From: Auanema rhodensis
Lineage: Eukaryota > Animalia > Nematoda
Length of the DNA: 64,000 nt
Direction: 5' to 3'
Assembly: GCA_964057225.1 (NCBI GenBank)
Contig: OZ059894.1
Location: forward strand, 9,114,001 to 9,178,000
Shown: in pieces, positions 1-20,600 of the stretch
How the letters are laid out: each line of letters opens with the position of its first letter
Position numbering within the stretch: the stretch's first letter is position 1
Notes under the pieces: generated by a model
The model's database searches: none
What the model was told of the DNA's origin: nothing
The model's input: the letters and a program-made list of their open reading frames with translations, nothing else
Translations under genes and position numbers: made by a program

Positions 1-214
1 CTTTCTATTCAATTTGTTCTTTTAATACAATTTTATGAATAGTTTTCAATATATTCTTTCATTTCAAACTTTTCACTATACAGTTGGCGTGCAATGAAAA
101 ATGGGTAACACTTGAATATATTTGTTACGTACTTGGTTCAATTCATCGAGACACTTGTATTCCACGACCCTTGCTGCTTTATCTTATTATTCCTTGACTC
201 CAATTTTGGAAACA

Positions 215-872
215 ATGCAAGAAGCTAGAGAAAGATTGGAAAAGTTCAGGAAGCAACATCAATCGGAAGAAATTAAGAGCACAGAGGCTCAGGATGACAA
301 TAACGAGCATGTATGTTTTTCACTACATGTTATTCCTCAATATATTCAGTATTGTTTCCTTTGAGTTTGGCTAGACACCATGGATCATTAAGTTCCTTCT
401 TTTAGGCGGATTCTCCAATGCCAGCTTCAAATTCAACTGGGATTTTGTCGCTTTTGGATATCGACTTGCTTGACAGCGCGCCGTTTCGGTTGTGGCGTCG
501 GTGCTATGAAGCTGATTCAACGAAAACTTTAGTCATAACACTGCTTTTATATGTAATAGGACAAGCTTTCTTTTTATGGTGAGGTTTTTCAGCCCTAATA
601 GTTTATTATGATTTAATTTGGAAAACTTAATTCATTCTTCTGAAGGGTTCAATTTGGAGCTGTGTATTTTGTTTTTTCCGTGCTGATTGCCATTTGTCTA
701 TCTCTGGGAAAAAGAAATAGCAACGAGGTTGATGCAATTTACTAATTTATTCCATATATGTTATTTGTAGGTGTCTGCGTATTCAGTTTTTAATCCTCAA
801 TGCAAACGGTTACTAGGACAAATGACTGCAGAACACTTTGAGCGAGATGTTTTAATGAAAAAAGTTCGTTAG
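215..872 (+). CDS. SAYSD1: SAYSvFN-motif membrane protein (SAYSD1-like), 4 exons: 215-310, 406-578, 646-727, 771-872
   Basis: Manual splicing at GT..AG sites gives a continuous frame: MQEARERLEKFRK...ADSPMP...TLVITLLLYVIGQAFFLW/VQFGAVYFVFSVLIAICLSLGKRNSNE/VSAYSVFNPQCKRLLGQMTAEHFERDVLMKKVR*. A hydrophobic hairpin followed by the literal SAYSVFN motif defines the family. Confidence 0.9.
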
Positions 873-1713
873 GTAACAATTTTCTGGGTACGTTTTAATT
901 GTTGTACATTACATATTTTCATTTGCATTCAATTTCTTTTATACGTAGCCTTATCATAGAAATTTGCCATAATATTTTTCTTTTTTTGATTTTTATTTCT
1001 CTTCAGTTTTTACTGTTCAAAGTGAGTTAAATTATCTTTGGTTATGCGTAAGAAAGATCGATTATTCTCCGTCTAGTGGACACGTAAACCCTCTTACGGA
1101 CTGTTGTGTTTGTTTTAGGAAACCGAGTCTAACATTGCTCTTCTTTTATTTCTAACGTTCGAACACTATTGTTCGGAAAATTTTGAATTTTCATAATCTA
1201 TAATTCTTACGCATTTTCTCTTAACTATTATACTAAAGGTGTCATTATATATAATTACGGTGGTTTTGGTTTGAAAGCTTAATTGTTACACATATTTTTT
1301 ATTTTTTAAATATCATTTTATATCTAAATATTCATTTTCACTTAGTCTTACACATATATAATAATTTATAATTGATGAAGTAGCACATTAATTCAATTTT
1401 ACAATCGAAGTTTGTTACTTCCCTCAGTTTTATATCATTCGTATCGAGTTCAAATATTTTTAAAGATATACTATGCATTTTTAGAAGAAAACTTCGTTAA
1501 TTCCTGAAATAGCTTGGAGTAATACGATTCTGGTCAATAAAGTATAAATATAGCCTAGTAGTTCTTCAGCAATTAGCCCAGCAAGTTCAATGCTTGCCTC
1601 GGTTACCTTATCCTTTAAATCAGTCCCTATATATATTATAGTATCAATTAGTATAGAATTTATTTTGTTTATATATTTAAATCTTTTATAATGCATTGTT
1701 CAGAATCATAGTA

Positions 1714-2428
1714 ATGGTTCTTGATGTTCGACTAGAAGAAAAAGAGGTTAAAAACTTCGGATCCGAATTTGTTACGGTTTGTAAATTTATTGTTTGAATC
1801 AAATGATTGTACAGTTCAGAAGTTTGAACCAGGTAACTCGACCTGGGGCTGTGAACCATATTGTAATTTCTATGCAAGGATGAAGCTGCAACAAATAAAG
1901 TAATATCGCTTTGGAAAAATATGTCATATATAATTTTTTAAATTTAGTGATTATGCTATTCTAGAAGTAGAAAGATCTCCCGAAGGATGGGGTAATGATA
2001 TTCGAGGAAAACAGAAAGGAGTCCCTTTGCTAAAACGTACTGAAATTTGGTTGTCCCAAATGGATTCTAAGCTTAAAGCGAATAGGAGATCGTTCAGTGC
2101 TCCACCAAGAAAGTGAATGAGAAGTTGTTTTCTTACTTTTTTATTATTCATTTCAGGCCAACAGAATTGAAATTTTCTAATAGTTTAACTAGAGTTTCTA
2201 GTAGGCATGTTATTGATTTTGATATTCAGGTATTATATGCTTATGTAGAAATTAATGATACATTCGTTTTGAGGATAAACCTTCGTTTATCTTAAAGGCT
2301 GAAGATAATGAGAAGTTATGGAGAGAATTTCATGAAGCGGAAAGAAAGGTGTGATATCTCGAATCTAATCTTCTAATTATTCTTTTTAGGTTATTTTAAA
2401 TCGTTTAAGGCACTGTAAGCTATGGTGA
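1714..2428 (+). CDS. Small multi-exon hypothetical protein, not recognised
   Basis: ATG at 1714 follows an acceptor-like TTGTTCAG. Open segments separated by short GT..AG introns: MVLDVRLEEKEVKNFGSEFV, QKFEPGNSTWGCEPYCNFYARMKLQQ, DYAILEVERSPEGWGNDIRGKQKGVPLLKRTEIWLSQMDSK, PTELKFSNSLTRVSSRHVIDFDIQ, DKPSFILKAEDNEKLWREFHEAERK, VILNRLRHCKLW*. The first splice junction is uncertain. Confidence 0.55.
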
Positions 2429-2742
2429 TTTTAAGATTTTAAACAATTCTTTAAAAAAATAGTCTATTTGTATGTTTTCTTTTTATTTTGTATTTCTTTC
2501 ATTAATTTTTTAGTGATTTTATACCATTTCGTATTTTCTAATTATTTATAAGGTGTTCTTGTTAATTGTTTTTCTTTTAATTCTGTTACAATTATTATAT
2601 AATTTTATTAATATTCTTGGATTCCAGATCTCTCAATATTGATGTTTTCTTAACATTCGCCTATCTCTTTTTGCTAATTGCAATTTTTAGTTTTTATCGT
2701 ATTTTTAGTTACAGATATAATTATGTGATAAGAAAGATATTC

Positions 2743-11108
<8,366 letters not shown>

Positions 11109-11525
11109 TCTGTCAAAAATCAACTACGTTTATGACATTTAAGAAAGCTCTAGTGATAATTACATCCCTTTGCAAATAATATTATGGGTACTAAACTTGT
11201 TCGCAACTAAATACTGATACAATAACACAAGACCAGTATTCTATCACAGCCGTTTCAGTTTTCAACCTGTATTGAGCACAAATCCTAATACAAACCTAAA
11301 AGAAATCAAGACAATGAAATAAAAATTTGGTAATATAATTCCCTGACGATACCAGATTTCTCAAATAAGCAGACTAACATGTAATTGCATTCCATTACAT
11401 GAACATGAAGATGAAGAGTATTATTCAGATTCGAGGATTCCAGAGTTTGAACATTGGAATTGATTTCAACTGTGGTTTTCTGTTCCTTATAACTCTTCAA
11501 GAATTCTTCATTCTGTCTACTCATA

Positions 11526-11598
11526 GCCTCGATAGCTCAGTTGGGAGAGCGTTAGACTGAAGATCTAAAGGTCACCAGTTCGATCCTGGTTCGGGGCA
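11526..11598 (+). tRNA. tRNA-Phe(GAA), first copy of the array (representative of the + strand copies)
   Basis: GCCTCGATAGCTCAGTTGGGAGAGCGTTAGACTGAAGATCTAAAGGTCACCAGTTCGATCCTGGTTCGGGGCA. It folds into a full cloverleaf: acceptor GCCTCGA/TCGGGGC, D GCTC/GAGC, anticodon TTAGA-CTGAAGA-TCTAA, T ACCAG-TTCGATC-CTGGT. No intron. Confidence 0.99.
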
Positions 11599-11601
11599 AT
11601 G

Positions 11602-11605
11602 TTTT
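11602..11605 (+). terminator. Pol III T4 terminator after the tRNA (present in each unit)
   Basis: TTTT 3 nt after the discriminator base. A second TTTT follows about 25 nt later. Confidence 0.7.
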
Positions 11606-11652
11606 ACCTTCCGACACCTTGCAATATTCCTTTTCTGATTTCTATCGGTCAT

Positions 11653-11675
11653 CTGAATCCTAGCTTAGGTTTCAG
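11653..11675. other. 23-bp imperfect palindrome in the spacer of each full unit
   Basis: CTGAA-T-CCTA-GCT-TAGG-T-TTCAG, with arms CTGAA/TTCAG and CCTA/TAGG. Confidence 0.85.
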
Positions 11676-14600
11676 TAATGAGTATTATTCAGATTCGAGG
11701 ATTCCAGAGTTTGAACATTGGAATTGATTTCAACTGTGGTTTTTTGTTCCTTATAACTCTTCAAGAATTCTTCATTCTTTCTACTCATAGCCTCGATAGC
11801 TCAGTTGGGAGAGCGTTAGACTGAAGATCTAAAGGTCACCAGTTCGATCCTGGTTCGGGGCAATGTTTTACATTCCGACACCTTCCAATATTCCTTTTCT
11901 GAGTTCTATCGGTCATCTGAATCCTAGCTTAGGTTTCAGTAATGAGTATTATTCAGATTCGAGGATTCCAGAGTTTGAACATTGGAATTGATTTCAACTG
12001 TGGTTTTTTGTTCCTTATAACTCTTCAAGAATTCTTTATTCTGTCTACTCATAGCCTCGATAGCTCAGTTGGGAGAGCGTTAGACTGAAGATCTAAAGGT
12101 CACCAGTTCGATCCTGGTTCGGGGCAATGTTTTACCTTCCGACACCTTGAATTATTCCTTTTCTGAGTTCTATCGGTCATCTGAATCCTAGCTTAGGTTT
12201 CAGTAATGAGTATTATTCAGATTCGAGGATTCCAGAGTTTGAACATTGGAATTGATTTCAACTGTGGTTTTTTGTTCCTTATAACTCTTCAAGAATTCTT
12301 CATTCTTTCTACTCATAGCCTCGATAGCTCAGTTGGGAGAGCGTTAGACTGAAGATCTAAAGGTCACCAGTTCGATCCTGGTTCGGGGCAATGTTTTACA
12401 TTCCGACACCTTCCAATATTCCTTTTCTGAGTTCTATCGGTCATCTGAATCCTAGCTTAGGTTTCAGTAATGAGTATTATTCAGATTCGAGGATTCCAGA
12501 GTTTGAACATTGGAATTGATTTCAACTGTGGTTTTTTGTTCCTTATAACTCTTCAAGAATTCTTCATTCTTTCTACTCATAGCCTCGATAGCTCAGTTGG
12601 GAGAGCGTTAGACTGAAGATCTAAAGGTCACCAGTTCGATCCTGGTTCGGGGCAATGTTTTACCTTCCGACACCTTGCAATATTCCTTTTCTGATTTCTA
12701 TCGGTCATCTGAATCCTAGCTTAGGTTTCAGTAATGAGTATTATTCAGATTCGAGGATTCCAGAGTTTGAACATTGGAATTGATTTCAACTGTGGTTTTC
12801 TGTTCCTTATAACTCTTCAAGAATTCTTCATTCTGTCTACTCATAGCCTCGATAGCTCAGTTGGGAGAGCGTTAGACTGAAGATCTAAAGGTCACCAGTT
12901 CGATCCTGGTTCGGGGCAATGTTTTACCTTCCGACACCTTGCAATATTCCTTTTCTGATTTCTATCGGTCATCTGAATCCTAGCTTAGGTTTCAGTAATG
13001 AGTATTATTCAGATTCGAGGATTCCAGAGTTTGAACACTCAAATTGATTTCAACTGTGGTTTTTTGTTCCTTATAACTCTTCAAGAATTCTTTATTCTGT
13101 CTACTCATAGCCTCGATAGCTCAGTTGGGAGAGCGTTAGACTGAAGATCTAAAGGTCACCAGTTCGATCCTGGTTCGGGGCAATGTTTTACCTTCCGACA
13201 CCTTGCAATATTCCTTTTCTGATTTCTATCGGTCATCTGAATCCTAGCTTAGGTTTCAGTAATGAGTATTATTCAGATTCGAGGATTCCAGAGTTTGAAC
13301 ATTGGAATTGATTTCAACTGTGGTTTTTTGTTCCTTATAACTCTTCAAGAATTCTTCATTCTGTCTACTCATAGCCTCGATAGCTCAGTTGGGAGAGCGT
13401 TAGACTGAAGATCTAAAGGTCACCAGTTCGATCCTGGTTCGGGGCAATGTTTTACCTTCCGACACCTTGCAATATTCCTTTTCTGATTTCTATCGGTCAT
13501 CTGAATCCTAGCTTAGGTTTCAGTAATGAGTATTATTCAGATTCGAGGATTCCAGAGTTTGAACACTCAAATTGATTTCAACTGTGGTTTTTTGTTCCTT
13601 ATAACTCTTCAAGAATTCTTTATTCTGTCTACTCATAGCCTCGATAGCTCAGTTGGGAGAGCGTTAGACTGAAGATCTAAAGGTCACCAGTTCGATCCTG
13701 GTTCGGGGCAATGTTTTACCTTCCGACACCTTGCAATATTCCTTTTCTGATTTCTATCGGTCATCTGAATCCTAGCTTAGGTTTCAGTAATGAGTATTAT
13801 TCAGATTCGAGGATTCCAGAGTTTGAACACTCAAATTGATTTCAACTGTGGTTTTCTGTTCCTTATAACTCTTCAAGAATTCTTCATTCTGTCTACTCAT
13901 AGCCTCGATAGCTCAGTTGGGAGAGCGTTAGACTGAAGATCTAAAGGTCACCAGTTCGATCCTGGTTCGGGGCAATGTTTTACATTCCGACACCTTCCAA
14001 TATTCCTTTTCTGAGTTCTATCGGTCATCTGAATCCTAGCTTAGGTTTCAGTAATGAGTATTATTCAGATTCGAGGATTCCAGAGTTTGAACATTGGAAT
14101 TGATTTCAACTGTGGTTTTTTGTTCCTTATAACTCTTCAAGAATTCTTCATTCTTTCTACTCATAGCCTCGATAGCTCAGTTGGGAGAGCGTTAGACTGA
14201 AGATCTAAAGGTCACCAGTTCGATCCTGGTTCGGGGCAATGTTTTACCTTCCGACACCTTGCAATATTCCTTTTCTGATTTCTATCGGTCATCTGAATCC
14301 TAGCTTAGGTTTCAGTAATGAGTATTATTCAGATTCGAGGATTCCAGAGTTTGAACATTGGAATTGATTTCAACTGTGGTTTTCTGTTCCTTATAACTCT
14401 TCAAGAATTCTTCATTCTGTCTACTCATAGCCTCGATAGCTCAGTTGGGAGAGCGTTAGACTGAAGATCTAAAGGTCACCAGTTCGATCCTGGTTCGGGG
14501 CAATGTTTTACCTTCCGACACCTTGCAATATTCCTTTTCTGATTTCTATCGGTCATCTGAATCCTAGCTTAGGTTTCAGTAATGAGTATTATTCAGATTC

Positions 14601-17600
14601 GAGGATTCCAGAGTTTGAACACTCAAATTGATTTCAACTGTGGTTTTTTGTTCCTTATAACTCTTCAAGAATTCTTCATTCTTTCTACTCATAGCCTCGA
14701 TAGCTCAGTTGGGAGAGCGTTAGACTGAAGATCTAAAGGTCACCAGTTCGATCCTGGTTCGGGGCAATGTTTTACATTCCGACACCTTCCAATATTCCTT
14801 TTCTGAGTTCTATCGGTCATCTGAATCCTAGCTTAGGTTTCAGTAATGAGTATTATTCAGATTCGAGGATTCCAGAGTTTGAACATTGGAATTGATTTCA
14901 ACTGTGGTTTTTTGTTCCTTATAACTCTTCAAGAATTCTTCATTCTTTCTACTCATAGCCTCGATAGCTCAGTTGGGAGAGCGTTAGACTGAAGATCTAA
15001 AGGTCACCAGTTCGATCCTGGTTCGGGGCAATGTTTTACCTTCCGACACCTTGCAATATTCCTTTTCTGAGTTCTATCGGTCATCTGAATCCTAGCTTAG
15101 GTTTCAGTAATGAGTATTATTCAGATTCGAGGATTCCAGAGTTTGAACACTCAAATTGATTTCAACTGTGGTTTTTTGTTCCTTATAACTCTTCAAGAAT
15201 TCTTCATTCTTTCTACTCATAGCCTCGATAGCTCAGTTGGGAGAGCGTTAGACTGAAGATCTAAAGGTCACCAGTTCGATCCTGGTTCGGGGCAATGTTT
15301 TACATTCCGACACCTTCCAATATTCCTTTTCTGAGTTCTATCGGTCATCTGAATCCTAGCTTAGGTTTCAGTAATGAGTATTATTCAGATTCGAGGATTC
15401 CAGAGTTTGAACACTCAAATTGATTTCAACTGTGGTTTTTTGTTCCTTATAACTCTTCAAGAATTCTTCATTCTTTCTACTCATAGCCTCGATAGCTCAG
15501 TTGGGAGAGCGTTAGACTGAAGATCTAAAGGTCACCAGTTCGATCCTGGTTCGGGGCAATGTTTTACCTTCCGACACCTTGCAATATTCCTTTTCTGATT
15601 TCTATCGGTCATCTGAAGCCTAGCTTAGGTTTCAGTAATGAGTATTATTCAGATTCGAGGATTCCAGAGTTTGAACATTGGAATTGATTTCAACTGTGGT
15701 TTTTTGTTCCTTATAACTCTTCAAGAATTCTTCATTCTTTCTACTCATAGCCTCGATAGCTCAGTTGGGAGAGCGTTAGACTGAAGATCTAAAGGTCACC
15801 AGTTCGATCCTGGTTCGGGGCAATGTTTTACCTTCCGACACCTTGCAATATTCCTTTTCTGATTTCTATCGGTCATCTGAAGCCTAGCTTAGGTTTCAGT
15901 AATGAGTATTATTCAGATTCGAGGATTCCAGAGTTTGAACATTGGAATTGATTTCAACTGTGGTTTTTTGTTCCTTATAACTCTTCAAGAATTCTTTATT
16001 CTGTCTACTCATAGCCTCGATAGCTCAGTTGGGAGAGCGTTAGACTGAAGATCTAAAGGTCACCAGTTCGATCCTGGTTCGGGGCAATGTTTTACCTTCC
16101 GACACCTTGAATTATTCCTTTTCTGAGTTCTATCGGTCATCTGAATCCTAGCTTAGGTTTCAGTAATGAGTATTATTCAGATTCGAGGATTCCAGAGTTT
16201 GAACATTGGAATTGATTTCAACTGTGGTTTTTTGTTCCTTATAACTCTTCAAGAATTCTTTATTCTGTCTACTCATAGCCTCGATAGCTCAGTTGGGAGA
16301 GCGTTAGACTGAAGATCTAAAGGTCACCAGTTCGATCCTGGTTCGGGGCAATGTTTTACCTTCCGACACCTTGCAATATTCCTTTTCTGATTTCTATCGG
16401 TCATCTGAATCCTAGCTTAGGTTTCAGTAATGAGTATTATTCAGATTCGCGGATACCAGAGTTTGAACATTGGAATTGATTTCAACTGTGGTTTTTTGTT
16501 CCTTATAACTCTTCAAGAATTCTTCATTCTTTCTACTCATAGCCTCGATAGCTCAGTTGGGAGAGCGTTAGACTGAAGATCTAAAGGTCACCAGTTCGAT
16601 CCTGGTTCGGGGCAATGTTTTACCTTCCGACACCTTGCAATATTCCTTTTCTGATTTCTATCGGTCATCTGAATCCTAGCTTAGGTTTCAGTAATGAGTA
16701 TTATTCAGATTCGAGGATTCCAGAGTTTGAACATTGGAATTGATTTCAACTGTGGTTTTTTGTTCCTTATAACTCTTCAAGAATTCTTTATTCTGTCTAC
16801 TCATAGCCTCGATAGCTCAGTTGGGAGAGCGTTAGACTGAAGATCTAAAGGTCACCAGTTCGATCCTGGTTCGGGGCAATGTTTTACCTTCCGACACCTT
16901 GAATTATTCCTTTTCTGAGTTCTATCGGTCATCTGAATCCTAGCTTAGGTTTCAGTAATGATTATTATTCAGATTCGAGGATTCCAGAGTTTGAACATTG
17001 GAATTGATTTCAACTGTGGTTTTTTGTTCCTTATAACTCTTCAAGAATTCTTTATTCTGTCTACTCATAGCCTCGATAGCTCAGTTGGGAGAGCGTTAGA
17101 CTGAAGATCTAAAGGTCACCAGTTCGATCCTGGTTCGGGGCAATGTTTTACCTTCCGACACCTTGCAATATTCCTTTTCTGATTTCTATCGGTCATCTGA
17201 AGCCTAGCTTAGGTTTCAGTAATGAGTATTATTCAGATTCGAGGATTCCAGAGTTTGAACATTGGAATTGATTTCAACTGTGGTTTTTTGTTCCTTATAA
17301 CTCTTCAAGAATTCTTTATTCTGTCTACTCATAGCCTCGATAGCTCAGTTGGGAGAGCGTTAGACTGAAGATCTAAAGGTCACCAGTTCGATCCTGGTTC
17401 GGGGCAATGTTTTACCTTCCGACACCTTGCAATATTCCTTTTCTGATTTCTATCGGTCATCTGAATCCTAGCTTAGGTTTCAGTAATGAGTATTATTCAG
17501 ATTCCAGGATTCCAGAGTTTGAACACTCAAATTGATTTCAACTGTGGTTTTCTGTTCCTTATAACTCTTCAAGAATTCTTCATTCTGTCTACTCATAGCC

Positions 17601-20600
17601 TCGATAGCTCAGTTGGGAGAGCGTTAGACTGAAGATCTAAAGGTCACCAGTTCGATCCTGGTTCGGGGCAATGTTTTACCTTCCGACACCTTGCAATATT
17701 CCTTTTCTGATTTCTATCGGTCATCTGAAGCCTAGCTTAGGTTTCAGTAATGAGTATTATTCAGATTCGAGGATTCCAGAGTTTGAACATTGGAATTGAT
17801 TTCAACTGTGGTTTTTTGTTCCTTATAACTCTTCAAGAATTCTTTATTCTGTCTACTCATAGCCTCGATAGCTCAGTTGGGAGAGCGTTAGACTGAAGAT
17901 CTAAAGGTCACCAGTTCGATCCTGGTTCGGGGCAATGTTTTACCTTCCGACACCTTGCAATATTCCTTTTCTGATTTCTATCGGTCATCTGAATCCTAGC
18001 TTAGGTTTCAGTAATGAGTATTATTCAGATTCCAGGATTCCAGAGTTTGAACACTCAAATTGATTTCAACTGTGGTTTTCTGTTCCTTATAACTCTTCAA
18101 GAATTCTTCATTCTGTCTAGTCATAGCCTCGATAGCTCAGTTGGGAGAGCGTTAGACTGAAGATCTAAAGGTCACCAGTTCGATCCTGGTTCGGGGCAAT
18201 GTTTTACATTCCGACACCTTCCAATATTCCTTTTCTGAGTTCTATCGGTCATCTGAATCCTAGCTTAGGTTTCAGTAATGAGTATTATTCAGATTCGCGG
18301 ATTCCAGAGTTTGAACATTGGAATTGATTTCAACTGTGGTTTTTTGTTCCTTATAACTCTTCAAGAATTCTTCATTCTTTCTACTCATAGCCTCGATAGC
18401 TCAGTTGGGAGAGCGTTAGACTGAAGATCTAAAGGTCACCAGTTCGATCCTGGTTCGGGGCAATGTTTTACATTCCGACACCTTGCAATATTCCTTTTCT
18501 GATTTCTATCGGTCATCTGAATCCTAGCTTAGGTTTCAGTAATGAGTATTATTCAGATTCGAGGATTCCAGAGTTTGAACATTGGAATTGATTTCAACAG
18601 TGGTTTTTTGTTCCTTATAACTCTTCAAGAATTCTTCATTCTGTTTACTCATAGCCTCGATAGCTCAGTTGGGAGAGCGTTAGACTGAAGATCTAAAGGT
18701 CACCAGTTCGATCCTGGTTCGGGGCAATGTTTTACATTCCGACACCTTCCAATATTCCTTTTCTGAGTTCTATCGGTCATCTGAATCCTAGCTTAGGTTT
18801 CAGTAATGAGTATTATTCAGATTCGCGGATTCCAGAGTTTGAACATTGGAATTGATTTCAACTGTGGTTTTTTGTTCCTTATAACTCTTCAAGAATTCTT
18901 CATTCTTTCTACTCATAGCCTCGATAGCTCAGTTGGGAGAGCGTTAGACTGAAGATCTAAAGGTCACCAGTTCGATCCTGGTTCGGGGCAATGTTTTACC
19001 TTCCGACACCTTGCAATATTCCTTTTCTGAGTTCTATCGGTCATCTGAATCCTAGCTTAGGTTTCAGTAATGAGTATTATTCAGATTCGCGGATTCCAGA
19101 GTTTGAACATTGGAATTGATTTCAACTGTGGTTTTTTGTTCCTTATAACTCTTCAAGAATTCTTCATTCTTTCTACACATAGCCTCGATAGCTCAGTTGT
19201 GAGAGCGTTAGACTGAAGATCTAAAGGTCACCAGTTCGATCCTGGTTCGGGGCAATGTTTTACATTCCGACACCTTCCAATATTCCTTTTCTGAGTTCTA
19301 TCGGTCATCTGAATCCTAGCTTAGGTTTCAGTAATGAGTATTATTCAGATTCGCGGATTCCAGAGTTTGAACATTGGAATTGATTTCAACTGTGGTTTTT
19401 TGTTCCTTATAACTCTTCAAGAATTCTTCATTCTTTCTACTCATAGCCTCGATAGCTCAGTTGGGAGAGCGTTAGACTGAAGATCTAAAGGTCACCAGTT
19501 CGATCCTGGTTCGGGGCAATGTTTTACATTCCGACACCTTCCAATATTCCTTTTCTGAGTTCTATCGGTCATCTGAATCCTAGCTTAGGTTTCAGTAATG
19601 AGTATTATTCAGATTCGCGGATTCCAGAGTTTGAACATTGGAATTGATTTCAACTGTGGTTTTTTGTTCCTTATAACTCTTCAAGAATTCTTCATTCTTT
19701 CTACTCATAGCCTCGATAGCTCAGTTGGGAGAGCGTTAGACTGAAGATCTAAAGGTCACCAGTTCGATCCTGGTTCGGGGCAATGTTTTACATTCCGACA
19801 CCTTCCAATATTCCTTTTCTGATTTCTATCGGTCATCTGAAGCCTAGCTTAGGTTTCAGTAATGAGTATTATTCAGATTCGAGGATTCCAGAGTTTGAAC
19901 ATTGGAATTGATTTCAACTGTGGTTTTTTGTTCCTTATAACTCTTCAAGAATTCTTCATTCTTTCTACTCATAGCCTCGATAGCTCAGTTGGGAGAGCGT
20001 TAGACTGAAGATCTAAAGGTCACCAGTTCGATCCTGGTTCGGGGCAATGTTTTACCTTCCGACACCTTGAATTATTCCTTTTCTGAGTTCTATCGGTCAT
20101 CTGAATCCTAGCTTAGGTTTCAGTAATGAGTATTATTCAGATTCGAGGATTCCAGAGTTTGAACATTGGAATTGATTTCAACTGTGGTTTTTTGTTCCTT
20201 ATAACTCTTCAAGAATTCTTTATTCTGTCTACTCATAGCCTCGATAGCTCAGTTGGGAGAGCGTTAGACTGAAGATCTAAAGGTCACCAGTTCGATCCTG
20301 GTTCGGGGCAATGTTTTACCTTCCGACACCTTGAATTATTCCTTTTCTGAGTTCTATCGGTCATCTGAATCCTAGCTTAGGTTTCAGTAATGAGTATTAT
20401 TCAGATTCGAGGATTCCAGAGTTTGAACATTGGAATTGATTTCAACTGTGGTTTTTTGTTCCTTATAACTCTTCAAGAATTCTTTATTCTGTCTACTCAT
20501 AGCCTCGATAGCTCAGTTGGGAGAGCGTTAGACTGAAGATCTAAAGGTCACCAGTTTGATCCTGGTTCGGGGCAATGTTTTACCTTCCGACACCTTGAAT

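Noticed and set aside
83-155. GGTTCAATTC B-box-like motif upstream of the SAYSD1-like gene
   Set aside because: No T-stem pairing or cloverleaf could be built.
1065-1140. GC-richer island with a possible hairpin (TCCGT...ACGGA) and a downstream ACA, snoRNA-like
   Set aside because: I could not establish a two-hairpin H/ACA architecture by eye. It would need an Rfam/Infernal search.
11306-11524. Antisense ORF MSRQNEEFLKSYKEQ... (38 aa in each unit, longer at junctions)
   Set aside because: It is short and expected by chance in a repeated spacer. Variants are largely non-synonymous, and one (~26990, ~29102) introduces a stop. No splice or expression evidence.
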